A stretch of 64,000 bases of DNA from Nitrospirota bacterium. GTDB lineage: Bacteria; Nitrospirota; UBA9217. The notes beneath the pieces are model-generated. The model searched no databases and was not told the DNA's origin. It worked only from the letters and a program-made list of their open reading frames with translations. The stretch spans positions 122,835 through 186,834 of the forward strand of contig CAVUCU010000007.1 of the NCBI GenBank assembly GCA_963740085.1, read 5' to 3'. Made by a program: the position numbers and the translations under genes. This document shows, piece after piece, positions 54,918 to 64,000 of this stretch; the first letter of the stretch is position 1; every line of letters starts with the position of its first letter.

Positions 54918-57875
54918 TTAATTCTGATCATTAGTTTCAATGGGTATTTTAATAATAAACCGCGTCCCCTTGTCCTTTTCCGAATCGATCTCTATCGTCC
55001 CGCCGTGGTCCTTGATAATGCTATAACAGATGCTGAGTCCCAGACCCGTACCCTTCGTCGGCCCTTTGGTGCTGAAGAAGGGATCAAAAACCGCGTCCCT
55101 CGCCTCCGCGTCTATACCGTGTCCCGTGTCGGCAAAGCGCACCTCAACATGACTGTCCAGCTGTTTAATTGAGATATCGAGGTCCCCGCCGTCAGGCATT
55201 GCATCGCGCGCGTTCAGGATCAGGTTCAGGAAGACCTGCTGGATCTGGTCGGGGTCGATCTTGAGCTTCGGGGTATCCTGCACTTCCGTGCGAATCATCA
55301 CCTTCCGGAAGTTTTTGTCGTAGCGAACGAGGTTCAGCGTGTTCTCAAGGATGTCCTGAAGGCTCGTCGGCAATTTCTGGCGCGGGTAAAGCCGGGCGAA
55401 ATCGCCGAGGTTCCGCACGATCCGCGCGATCCGGTGTACGTGCTGATTGATCGTGCCGAGCGAATCCTTCTCAAAGGACGACAGGTCCTCGGTCAACAGC
55501 TCCTGAACCAGGGACGAGATGGACGCAAGCGGGTTGCCGACCTCATGGGCCACGCCCGCAGCAAGCCTGCCCACGCTTGCGTGCTTGGTGGCGCGGAACA
55601 GTTCCTCTTCGATCTTCTTCTTCTCGGTGATGTCCTCAAGAACGAGAACGTATCCCTTTTGCGCTCCCGTTAGCCTGCTGAGGTAGCCCTTCAGAGTGAT
55701 CTGGGGATCGAAGTTCCGACTGCAGGTAATTTCGCCCTCATGTACGTCAGGGTTGAATAGCCGCGGCTCCAGACACTTCAGCAGGTCTTTGGCCTGTTTG
55801 TTCAAAGCGTCGGACCTCTCCACGTCCGTTATCATGGTCATGCCGCTGTTCCAGTAGGTAACCTGCAGCGCCTCATCGAGGGTCGCCACGCCGAGCGGAA
55901 GACTTTCGATGATGTTCTCGCTGAACTCCTTGAGCATGGCAAGCTGCCGGTTCGCCTCGGCGAGTTCCTGTCGCGACAGCCGCAGGCTCCGGGATATCTG
56001 CCGAATAGAGTCCGAGACGCGGAGTGCGTCATCGTGCGTCAGGACCGTCTGGTCCTGGAAGACCAGGGTGCTGATGGACGGGCCGAGAGCGCCTGACAGG
56101 ATGCGTTCGGCCTCTTCCCTGAGCTTCAAAAGCCACTCGTTCGATATCGATTTGCGAGCTATGCTGTTCTTTTTCAAAAAACCGTCCACAGCTTCGCTCG
56201 CTTCGTGCTTGCCGATGTACTGACCCAGGATGTCCTCGATCTTTGCAATATCAGCGGGCCGGTGGGCCTGAGAGAACTGGAGCGGCGAATAGGAGTCAAC
56301 GAAGATTATGGCCTGGCGGGTCTCGGCATCGGACTGACGGGTGAAGATCGATACACCCACGAAGGAGAGGAGGTTCAGCAGCAGGCCCCAGAACAGTGAG
56401 TGGGTCCATCGGTCGAGGCCTGTGAGGCCGAAGAGAGCCGTGGGGTTCAGGAGCCTTGATCTGAAGATCTCTCCCATGACGCCTCCGGGTTCGATGATCC
56501 CGGCGCGCATGAGCGCAGGGATGAGAAGCGTGTATATCCAGACGCTGAAGCCGGCAATGATCCCGGCGATAGCGCCCTTCTTGTTGCCGCCTTTCCAGTA
56601 AAGGCCGAGCAGGATCGATGGGGCAAAGATCGTGACCGCCTCGAAGGACTTGAGCCCGATGTCCACAAGGGTGTAGTACTCACCGATGTAGACGGCAAAA
56701 GTATACCCGAGGAACACCAACCCCAGGATGACGGCCCGCTTGATGTTCAGCATCACCGCCGAAAAGTTCTTGAACGCCCTCAAATTCCATAACGTGGGCA
56801 TCACAAAACTGTTCATGACCATGGTGGACAGCGCCACGGACTCCACAATGATCATGGCCGTGGCAGCCGAGAATCCGCCGATGAACACAAAGATCGCCAG
56901 CAGCGGTTGGCCGTGGTGCAGGGGGATGCTCAGTACGAAATAGTCCGCTGTGGATTGGATATCCCCGAGCAGCAGCCCGCCGTAGGCGATGGGCAGCACG
57001 AAAATATTTATCAGGAACAGATAGAGGGGAAAGAGCCACATCGCCTTTTTGATGTGGTCAGCCGAATAATTTTCCACAACAGCCACGTGGAATTGTCGCG
57101 GCAGGAACATGATGGCCATCATGGACAGGAAGGTGAGGGATGTCCATTCAAGGAAGCTGACCGGCGATCCCTCGCCGATCTTCGTCAGTGAAGCATACTG
57201 CGTATGTGCAATTTTCTGGAAAATATCTCCGAAGCCGTTAAAGATCCCATACGTCACAAAAAATCCGACGCTCATGAATGCTACCAGCTTGATCGCCGAT
57301 TCAAAAGCCACGGCGAAGACCAGACCGCCGTGGCGCTCACTTGCATCGAGCTTTCGCGCACCGAAGATAACGGCAAACACGCCAAGGAGCAGCGAGATGA
57401 ACCAGCCCATAAAGTGGATGTCTTCGGGCCTGCCCGAGAGCAGGGAGAACGTCGATGTGATGGCCTTGAGCTGGAGCCCGAGATAGGGGGTGATGCCGAT
57501 AACTGCCACGATCGTGACCAGGACGGAGAGACCGACGGATTTGCCGTAGCGCGACGAAATGAAATCAGAGATCGTGGTGATCCGATTTTCCTTGGAAAGG
57601 TACACGATCTTCCTGAGCACGATCCACCAGAGCGCGGCCATGAGCGTGGGACCGATGTAGGTCGTGAGAAAGCTCAAACCCGAATTCGCCGCCCTGCCCA
57701 CGCTGCCGTAAAAGGTCCAGGAGGTGCAGTAAACAGCGAGGGAGAGCGAATAGATATAGGGGTTTGAAACCAGGCTCCTCCCCTGCTCTTCCTTTAGTTC
57801 CGCAAAATAGGCAACGGAAAAGAGGAGCAGGAGGTAGCCAAAGATGATGGTGAGCAGGATCCAGGGCGAGAACAC
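54918..57875 (-). CDS. hybrid sensor: N-terminal sodium:solute symporter (SLC5/SSS) domain fused to PAS + HisKA + HATPase histidine kinase (CbrA/CrbS-like; GTG start)
   Basis: Approximately 13 TM helices are predicted in the first approximately 500 aa. The H-box is 'AGVAHEVGNPL', and N/G boxes 'NLILNARDAM' and 'GTGLGLSI' are present. Confidence 0.85.
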   Translation of the reverse strand: MFSPWILLTIIFGYLLLLFSVAYFAELKEEQGRSLVSNPYIYSLSLAVYCTSWTFYGSVGRAANSGLSFLTTYIGPTLMAALWWIVLRKIVYLSKENRITTISDFISSRYGKSVGLSVLVTIVAVIGITPYLGLQLKAITSTFSLLSGRPEDIHFMGWFISLLLGVFAVIFGARKLDASERHGGLVFAVAFESAIKLVAFMSVGFFVTYGIFNGFGDIFQKIAHTQYASLTKIGEGSPVSFLEWTSLTFLSMMAIMFLPRQFHVAVVENYSADHIKKAMWLFPLYLFLINIFVLPIAYGGLLLGDIQSTADYFVLSIPLHHGQPLLAIFVFIGGFSAATAMIIVESVALSTMVMNSFVMPTLWNLRAFKNFSAVMLNIKRAVILGLVFLGYTFAVYIGEYYTLVDIGLKSFEAVTIFAPSILLGLYWKGGNKKGAIAGIIAGFSVWIYTLLIPALMRAGIIEPGGVMGEIFRSRLLNPTALFGLTGLDRWTHSLFWGLLLNLLSFVGVSIFTRQSDAETRQAIIFVDSYSPLQFSQAHRPADIAKIEDILGQYIGKHEASEAVDGFLKKNSIARKSISNEWLLKLREEAERILSGALGPSISTLVFQDQTVLTHDDALRVSDSIRQISRSLRLSRQELAEANRQLAMLKEFSENIIESLPLGVATLDEALQVTYWNSGMTMITDVERSDALNKQAKDLLKCLEPRLFNPDVHEGEITCSRNFDPQITLKGYLSRLTGAQKGYVLVLEDITEKKKIEEELFRATKHASVGRLAAGVAHEVGNPLASISSLVQELLTEDLSSFEKDSLGTINQHVHRIARIVRNLGDFARLYPRQKLPTSLQDILENTLNLVRYDKNFRKVMIRTEVQDTPKLKIDPDQIQQVFLNLILNARDAMPDGGDLDISIKQLDSHVEVRFADTGHGIDAEARDAVFDPFFSTKGPTKGTGLGLSICYSIIKDHGGTIEIDSEKDKGTRFIIKIPIETNDQN

Positions 57876-58052
57876 TTAACCTCCTCCGTCCTCTCGTTTT
57901 GAATATGTAGACGCAAGGAAAATGAGCCCGATAAAAACGAGCCAGATTATAAAGAGGTAGTAGGACAGGCTGTCGCGGAAGATAGAGAGGAAGGGCCCGC
58001 CGAAGAGCAAGACCCCTAGGCTGAACAAAAAGACCCAGATATCACGTTTCAT
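57876..58052 (-). CDS. possible small membrane protein (59 aa) immediately upstream of the SSS-domain kinase
   Basis: The hydrophobic 'WVFLFSLGVLLFGGPF...YLFIIWLVFIGLIFL' region suggests a membrane protein. Its C-terminal codons coincide with the kinase RBS. Small ORFs upstream of SSS genes are common. Confidence 0.4.
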   Translation of the reverse strand: MKRDIWVFLFSLGVLLFGGPFLSIFRDSLSYYLFIIWLVFIGLIFLASTYSKREDGGG

Positions 58053-58262
58053 CCCTTCACGTTCCTTTCCCTGATCGGCACTCGATATACTATCACAAAT
58101 TATCGTCAAATTCCATACGGGAAACAGGTCATTCATGACGGCGCAGGCTATCAACCGCCTTGATTTTGTAATGCACATCTGATAAGGTTGTGAGACTGCA
58201 TGTCACTATCCTTTTGTGCACGACCGCAGATAATCTACAGAGACACGAGGGGGTAACAAGCC

Positions 58263-58850
58263 ATGGCTGAAACAGACCTTCCCGATCCTGAAGACCTCGA
58301 AAAATTGGGCGCAAAGACCTTCACCAGACGTATTGCGTTGACCACGGCGGTCTTTGCCGTGCTTCTCGCCATCGCCTCCCTTGGCGGCAACAACGCCGCC
58401 AGGGAGATGATGCTCGCCCAGCAGCAGGCATCCGACCAATGGGCGCTCTACCAGGCAAAGACCATGCGTGAAAATCTGTACAAAATGAACGGCCTTCGCA
58501 TGGAGGCGGACCTCCTTGACCGGGGCCCGGCCATGAAACCGAACAGCAGGAAACTGTATGCATCCATGCTGAAGGACAGTAAAGTTGAAGAGGCAGGGTA
58601 CCGGGAGGGAAAAAAGAAGATCGAGGAGGAGGCGAGGCACCTTGAAGCGGAGCGGGACAAGAACCGCGCCAAAGACGCTTACTTCGATTATGCCGGGGTC
58701 CTCCTGCAGATATCCATCGTCATGGCATCTATCTCGATCCTCGCCGCCTCGCGTCAGATCTTCTCTTTCGCCATAGGCAGCGCTGCCCTCGGCACGCTCT
58801 TCATGCTGAACGGCTTTTTCCTGATATTTAAGCTCCCGTTTTTTCATTAA
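58263..58850 (+). CDS. hypothetical membrane protein (possibly DUF4337-like)
   Basis: It has a GAGGGGG RBS and N- and C-terminal TM segments flanking a charged helical region. Confidence 0.5.
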   Translation: MAETDLPDPEDLEKLGAKTFTRRIALTTAVFAVLLAIASLGGNNAAREMMLAQQQASDQWALYQAKTMRENLYKMNGLRMEADLLDRGPAMKPNSRKLYASMLKDSKVEEAGYREGKKKIEEEARHLEAERDKNRAKDAYFDYAGVLLQISIVMASISILAASRQIFSFAIGSAALGTLFMLNGFFLIFKLPFFH

Positions 58851-59070
58851 GTGATGCTGCGACGAGAGACGTCATCCAGCGTATCGCCGCCATGCGGTGC
58901 GCTTCACCCTAACACATCCCTTTCAGGTCTTCGTACTGTAATAGTGCTATACTTATAAAGGTAAAGGCGGAATTTAATCTTTCGTTCAAGTCTAATTCGC
59001 TATCGCTCATGGCTTAATGCCCTGTTAGACCTGTGCGGAGGGGAAAATAATAAACAGGGAGGAAACGGAT

Positions 59071-59532
59071 ATGAAAGCACAGATGGCAATCAACGGGATT
59101 CTAGTCAGTTTTTCATTTGTAGTATTATTGTCAGGATTCAACAGTGTAGCTTTGGGAAAATCACCGGCGGATAATTTAGCCATAAAGGGGTACGATACCG
59201 TAGCATATTTCCAGGCCGGCCAGGCACTAAAAGGCAATGGGTCATTTACCGTCCAGTGGCATGACATGACCTGGTATTTCTCAACCAAAGAGAACAGGGA
59301 TCTGTTTGCGGCCAGTCCGGAGAAATACGCCCCGCAATATGACGGTTACTGTGCCTGGGCCATGACGGAGTCACGGAAGGCCATAACCGATCCTGAAGTA
59401 TGGAAGATCGTTGACGGAAAGCTTTACCTGAATTGCAGCAAGTCGGCGTTTGAAAAATGGAGCAGGGATATTCCCGGCAACATCAAAAAGGCCGATATGA
59501 TCTGGTCAAAAATTGAGGGCGGAAAAAATTGA
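59071..59532 (+). CDS. secreted YHS-domain protein
   Basis: A signal peptide is followed by 'KGYDTVAYF...WYFSTKENRDLF...PQYDGYCAWAM'. Confidence 0.7.
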   Translation: MKAQMAINGILVSFSFVVLLSGFNSVALGKSPADNLAIKGYDTVAYFQAGQALKGNGSFTVQWHDMTWYFSTKENRDLFAASPEKYAPQYDGYCAWAMTESRKAITDPEVWKIVDGKLYLNCSKSAFEKWSRDIPGNIKKADMIWSKIEGGKN

Positions 59533-59559
59533 TCGCATGCCTTCTCAGATGAAAGCGGC

Positions 59560-60000
59560 ATGAATACGCGAAGCGAGGTATGGCCAAACGGAATTCCGGT
59601 GGTCAGCCAAAAAGCGCAACGGTCAAGAACAGTCACCGCCCGCGACATCGAGTTATTCACTGAGATAAGCGGCGACCACAATCCTTTGCATTATGATGAA
59701 GAGGTTGCCCGAACCACCCGCTTTGGAAGCATTGTTGTCCAGGGCGGCGTTACCAGCGCAATACTCAATGCGGTCGTGGCGGAGGACCTCCCCGGCCCGG
59801 GCACCGTATTCTTGCACGTTAACTGGGAATTCAAGGCGCCCGTTCGGCCCGGCGACACCCTCACCGGTGAAGTGACAATTAACAAGGTGCGTGAAGACAA
59901 GCCGATAACAGAGCTGGAGACCCGCGTAGTTCTCGCCGACGGCACCGTTGTCCTGGAAGGAACTGCTGTCTGTTACACGTTCCCCATTAAAAAGAAATAG
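59560..60000 (+). CDS. MaoC-like (hotdog-fold) dehydratase
   Basis: 'FTEISGDHNPLHYDEE' and 'GSIVVQGGVTSA' are present. Confidence 0.8.
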   Translation: MNTRSEVWPNGIPVVSQKAQRSRTVTARDIELFTEISGDHNPLHYDEEVARTTRFGSIVVQGGVTSAILNAVVAEDLPGPGTVFLHVNWEFKAPVRPGDTLTGEVTINKVREDKPITELETRVVLADGTVVLEGTAVCYTFPIKKK

Positions 60001-60103
60001 GTACTATGAACCACAACCGGACATGCGATGTCGCTGTGCGATTTGCCCACCTGCTCATCGGTTCTTTCTTTACATTCTTGCCCTGTTGTGATAAAAATCC
60101 CTC

Positions 60104-62854
60104 ATGAAATCACTACACTGGCTGGCAGGTTGCGCCTTCGTTCTGCTGCTCCTCTCCCCTGCCTACTCATCCTCTTCCTCCTTTTCCGGGATGACGATAA
60201 CCCGGATCGATTTCAAGGACGATCTCGGCCAGCCCTGGCCCAATCCCGGACAAGTGTTGCCGCTCATCCTGTTGAAGCCCGGGGACCGGTTCGCCGGTTC
60301 TACGATCCGCGACGGGATCGCGACGCTTTATCTGAAAAGGATCTTCAAGGATATCCGGGTCGAGGCCTTCCCTGACAACGGCGGTGTGCGGCTTGAATAT
60401 ATCGTGACGCCGATATCGATCGTGGATGAGATAGACATCCACGGCAACAGTACGGTCCCCTCGGGTACGATCCTGGACGCGCTCGCCGGTATCGAAGGGA
60501 AAGAACCGCGCGACGAGAAGCTTTTCTCGCTCAGGTCAGACATCCTCGCCCTCTACCAGGTAGAGGGATTTTATCATGCGACCGTGGCCTTCCGCACCAC
60601 GCCTCTCAAAGAACCGCATCGTGTTGCCCTCCATGTCTATATCCAGGAGTCAAGACCGACGCTGATCGCAGATATCGCCTTTTCCGGCAATGTCGTGTTC
60701 ACGGACAAACAACTCATCAGGGTCATGAAAAGCAAAAAAGGGTCGCGGCTGCGGCGAGATATCCTTCTGGACTCGGATATGAAAGCGATCATCAATAAAT
60801 ATACCGACAAAGGATATCCCGCGGCAAAGGCCGGACCTGTTGAATTGAGTTTCACGGAAAACAAGGTCATGGTGCATGTCCCGGTGAGCGAGGGCCCGCT
60901 CGTAACGGTCAGTTTCATCGGCAACCGCGAGTTCGGATCCAAAAAGCTGAAGCAAACCCTCCTGATCTGGACGGAACATGACATCTCGGACTCCGTTGTC
61001 GACAGCAGCATGGACAAGATAAAGGGCCTGTACCGTGAAAAGGGTTATGCCGATGTGGCCATGGAAGTTAAAAAATCCGGGCAGCCGGGCCGGCTCGACC
61101 TTGAGTTCACGGTCCATGAGGGGCCGCGGGTGATGGTGAAGGAGATCACGATCCGCGGAAATACCCTGTTTTCTGCCAAAGAGATCAAGAAGCAAATGGC
61201 CCTGCGGGAGCCGGGCTGGTTCACCTCACCTCCCTTTCAGGAGGACCTTCTGGACAGGGATGTTGAAGACCTCCGCAATCGATATCTTGATGCCGGCTAC
61301 TTGTCCGCAACCGTGAACCAGAACACGGTCAGAAACAAGGACCAGAGCGAGGCAACAGTAACCATCGAGATCATTGAAGGACCGCAGACAAGAACGGGCA
61401 GTGTCTCCTTCGACGGGAACACCGCCTTCACCACGGCGGAGCTTCAGAAAAACACCTATCTGAAACAGGGCGCGCCATTCAACGAACGTCTCATCGACGA
61501 GGACAAATACCGGATACTGATGATGTACTCTAACAAAGCCTACCTTTATGCCAGGGTGGAAGTGGAAAAAACCCCTCATGACGGGACCGTGGATGTTCGC
61601 TTCCGGATCACCGAGGATAGGCCGGTCAAGATCGGCAAGATCATTCTGCGGGGGAACATACGGACCAGGGATGACGTGATCATGCGCGAACTGCTCGTGA
61701 AACCGGGGGACCCTTACAACTACAGCGCCATTCTCAAGAGCCAGCAGCAGATCTACCGCTTCGGCTATTTCCGGGTTGCCCGGTTCGACCCCGTCCATCC
61801 GGGCGAAAAAGAATATATCATAGACTTGTTGTTCACGGTCGAGGAAAGGCCTGCGGGAGCTGTGGAGGTCAGCGTGGGTTACGGCGACCTGGACCGGCTC
61901 CGGGGTTCCGTGGAGGTCTCGTATCGGAACCTCTGGGGTACGGCACGGTACTCGAGCCTTCGGTACGAGCAAAGCGACATACTCAAGCGCGCGATCTTTA
62001 ATTTTCAGGAACCCTGGATCCTGGGCTATAAACTTGAGAACAAGTTCAGCCTCGTGTGGTCGGATTCAGAGAAACTGAACTCCGATACCCGCGAGATCTA
62101 TTATAAAACGCGCAAAACCGTGGCCTCCTTCGGCGTTGAAAAGACCTACGAGCATCTGAAGCCTTCGCTGACATACCAGTTCGAGAATGTCGTCAATTAT
62201 GACGTGCTGCAGGCGGCTCAGCTCACCCCGGAAGACAGCGGCCGCGTTCTGGTGAGCAGTCTCAGCCCGGCCGTAGTCCTGGACCTGCGCGATGATGTGT
62301 TCAATCCGAGAAAGGGTGCGCTCTACGGCATCGTCCTGAAAGAGGCGCTCCGGGAACTGTGGTCGCAGGCGGACTTCTCAAAGCTTACGGTCCAGGGCAG
62401 CTGGTTCTTTCCGCTTGGCACTGCCGTCGTGGCCCTGTCCGCTCGGGCGGGCATGGCCTGGCCGTTCCGCGATACCGCCGAGGTCCCGATCCATGAGCGG
62501 TTCTACGTGGGCGGAAGCACCACGGTTCGGGGCTACAAACAGGACGCCGTGGGGCCGAGCGTGGTGGGGCCGGACGGTCAACCGATCCCGACGGGAGGCT
62601 CGAGCATGATGGTGCTGAATCTCGAACTTCGATTGAACCCCGGGGAGGGATTCGGCGTCGTCTTCTTTACCGACGCAGGCAATGTGTGGCAAGGTCAGGA
62701 GATCAACGTAAAAGACCTCCGGTCCTCCTACGGCGCCGGGATCCGGTACGGAACTCCCGTAGGCCCCCTCAGGATCGATTACGGACAAAAGATACACCGG
62801 CTTCCCGGGGAAAGTCCGGGAGAACTTCATTTCAATATTGGCAATACCTTCTGA
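60104..62854 (+). CDS. bamA: outer membrane protein assembly factor BamA (POTRA repeats + Omp85 beta-barrel)
   Basis: A signal peptide and repeated POTRA units ('IRGN', 'FSGN', 'FIGN', 'FDGN') are present. The C-terminal barrel ends '...NIGNTF'. Confidence 0.9.
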   Translation: MKSLHWLAGCAFVLLLLSPAYSSSSSFSGMTITRIDFKDDLGQPWPNPGQVLPLILLKPGDRFAGSTIRDGIATLYLKRIFKDIRVEAFPDNGGVRLEYIVTPISIVDEIDIHGNSTVPSGTILDALAGIEGKEPRDEKLFSLRSDILALYQVEGFYHATVAFRTTPLKEPHRVALHVYIQESRPTLIADIAFSGNVVFTDKQLIRVMKSKKGSRLRRDILLDSDMKAIINKYTDKGYPAAKAGPVELSFTENKVMVHVPVSEGPLVTVSFIGNREFGSKKLKQTLLIWTEHDISDSVVDSSMDKIKGLYREKGYADVAMEVKKSGQPGRLDLEFTVHEGPRVMVKEITIRGNTLFSAKEIKKQMALREPGWFTSPPFQEDLLDRDVEDLRNRYLDAGYLSATVNQNTVRNKDQSEATVTIEIIEGPQTRTGSVSFDGNTAFTTAELQKNTYLKQGAPFNERLIDEDKYRILMMYSNKAYLYARVEVEKTPHDGTVDVRFRITEDRPVKIGKIILRGNIRTRDDVIMRELLVKPGDPYNYSAILKSQQQIYRFGYFRVARFDPVHPGEKEYIIDLLFTVEERPAGAVEVSVGYGDLDRLRGSVEVSYRNLWGTARYSSLRYEQSDILKRAIFNFQEPWILGYKLENKFSLVWSDSEKLNSDTREIYYKTRKTVASFGVEKTYEHLKPSLTYQFENVVNYDVLQAAQLTPEDSGRVLVSSLSPAVVLDLRDDVFNPRKGALYGIVLKEALRELWSQADFSKLTVQGSWFFPLGTAVVALSARAGMAWPFRDTAEVPIHERFYVGGSTTVRGYKQDAVGPSVVGPDGQPIPTGGSSMMVLNLELRLNPGEGFGVVFFTDAGNVWQGQEINVKDLRSSYGAGIRYGTPVGPLRIDYGQKIHRLPGESPGELHFNIGNTF

Positions 62855-63009
62855 TGAACAGGCCCCGGCAAAGCCTCTCCGTGATCTGTTGTCCGGACAT
62901 GGCACTCTGTACTTCCCTTCGTGCCGTCCGCTGTGGTATTATTCCCGCAGAAAACAGAGCGGCCCGGTATTATATATACGCCGAGCGCACGGAAAACCCG
63001 GACAACACA

Positions 63010-64000
63010 TGAAAAAACACAAAAAGAGCGGCGCCCGGTCTGAGGCGCAATTTACGGAGAGCGCCGTCAAGCTTAAACGCTCATCCCCTGAGCTGGAGCA
63101 AAAGCCGTTCGAGGGCACGAATGAATTAGCCGCCATTGACGCGGTCGCCCTCACGTTGAGCGAGGCCGGCAACCTCACGGACGTCCTTGCCAGGTCGCTT
63201 GACAGGATCATCACCAGCCTGTCCGGCCTGAAGCCCCGGGGAGGCGTGTTCCTGTGCGATCCCGACGGCGAGGTCCTGCGCCTGGTGACGCACAAGGGTC
63301 TCCCGCCGGAATTTGCGCGGCACGAGGAGACGATCAGGATGGGGGAATGTCTGTGCGGCATGGTTGCCCGGACCGGAGAGTTGCTGTTTACGCGGGATGG
63401 ATGCTCGGACCCTCGTCATGTGCGCAACAGGGGCGCAGAGGACCATGGCCACATCATCATTCCCATGAAATCGAGGGGTATTGTCCTGGGGGTCATGTTC
63501 CTCTACACGACCATGGATTTTGAGCTCAAGCCGACGGATATCCAGATGCTCGATGCGATCGGGGCACAACTCGGCCTGGCAGTCGAGAACTTCCGTTTTT
63601 ATACTGAGGTGAAGCAGTCAAGCGAGAAATACTGGGACCTCTTTGAGAACGCCCGGGATATCCTTTTTACCATGGACACCGGCTGCAGGTTTACCGCGGT
63701 GAACCGGACAGCGGAATTGTTTTCCGGTTATTCGAAGATGGAACTCATCGGGATGAATGTCAAGGATTTTCTCACTCCGTCGGCGGCCGCGATGGGGAAG
63801 GAACTGCTTGGCGGAGAAGAGATCAAATCGCGCCGGTTGATCGAGTTCGAGGTCATCAAGCGGGATACGAACCACGCGTTCCTTGAGGTGAGCCTCCGAA
63901 AGCTGTTTGTGAACCAGGTTCTGACGGGTTTCCAGGTTTCCGCGCGCGACATAACCGAGCAGAAGAACATGAGGGCAATGATCGTCAAGGCCGAACGCCT
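63010..64000 (+). CDS. GAF + PAS sensor protein, 3'-truncated at window edge (not in ORF track because there is no in-window stop)
   Basis: The frame is open from the ATG at 63010 to the window end. The GAF region is 'GECLCGMVARTGELL...GHIIIPMKSRGIVLGVMFLYT' and the PAS region is 'YWDLFENARDILFTMD...'. Confidence 0.7.

Noticed and set aside
1-64000. CRISPR arrays, rRNA and tRNA genes
   Set aside because: No regularly spaced direct repeats, no rRNA-like conserved stretches and no cloverleaf-like segments were seen in the intergenic regions. A tRNA cannot be fully excluded without tRNAscan.

Overview
This is a gene-dense, roughly 57-60% GC bacterial chromosomal segment with about 55 genes. The gene content (BadF/HgdC-type activase fusion, DUF4212-family small membrane protein, many Hanks kinases, sigma-54 activators) fits an anaerobic deltaproteobacterium/Desulfobacterota-like organism, but the lineage cannot be fixed from sequence alone. 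The main blocks, in order:
- 1-2928: the 3' part of a GAF histidine kinase, a single-domain response regulator, and an rRNA methyltransferase (rlmD/rumA family) whose start overlaps the regulator's stop (ATGA).
- 2930-3930: a 1-kb AT-rich convergent gap with a small ORF and a strong intrinsic terminator.
- 3929-10309: an SOS-type neighbourhood. It holds an uncharacterised protein, an SRAP/YedK peptidase divergent from lexA, and a Cheo-type GAAC-N4-GTTC dyad inside a leaderless lexA promoter. It also contains a MITE-like element, a coiled-coil protein with two zinc ribbons, a FocA-family transporter, a HAD phosphatase and a Y-family polymerase.
- 10.6-21.6 kb: a striking phospho-Ser/Thr signalling supercluster. 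It contains two Hanks kinases, two PP2C phosphatases, four FHA-domain proteins (one fused to a sigma-54 activator), two vWA proteins and zinc-ribbon modules. A 6.5-kb operon in this cluster sits behind a good -24/-12 sigma-54 promoter.
- 22-27.3 kb: housekeeping genes (nitroreductases, dcd, a C-N hydrolase, DAHP synthase, a YibQ-like protein, tsaD).
- 28.3-31.9 kb: a low-GC island inserted at the 3' end of tsaD. It is flanked by 47-bp direct repeats (91% identical) that recreate the tsaD terminus. Its cargo is a GGDEF protein with a degenerate active site and an intact I-site, a tandem-PilZ protein, a second copy of the uncharacterised protein family, and a ParE/Phd toxin-antitoxin pair.
- 32.2-36.5 kb: a cold-shock-type block with two convergent DEAD-box helicases, a cspA-family gene, and two tandem glycine-zipper small membrane proteins behind a second near-identical sigma-54 promoter.
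- 36.7-40.9 kb: a 1402-aa double BadF/HgdC-HgdB-type fusion protein.
- 44.4-51.6 kb: an acetate utilisation operon (acs, an SSS symporter, a DUF4212-family protein) headed by a translationally coupled DEDD exonuclease + cNMP-CBS-DUF294 pair.
- 52.7-57.9 kb: a CbrA/CbrB-like solute-symporter-fused histidine kinase with a sigma-54 response regulator.
- 58.2-64.0 kb: bamA and a partial GAF/PAS sensor at the window edge.
A 140-200 bp repeat family rich in CACGAAG/CACAAAG motifs occurs at least three times, each time between two co-directional genes, plus one MITE-like relative. No rRNA, tRNA or CRISPR arrays were recognised.
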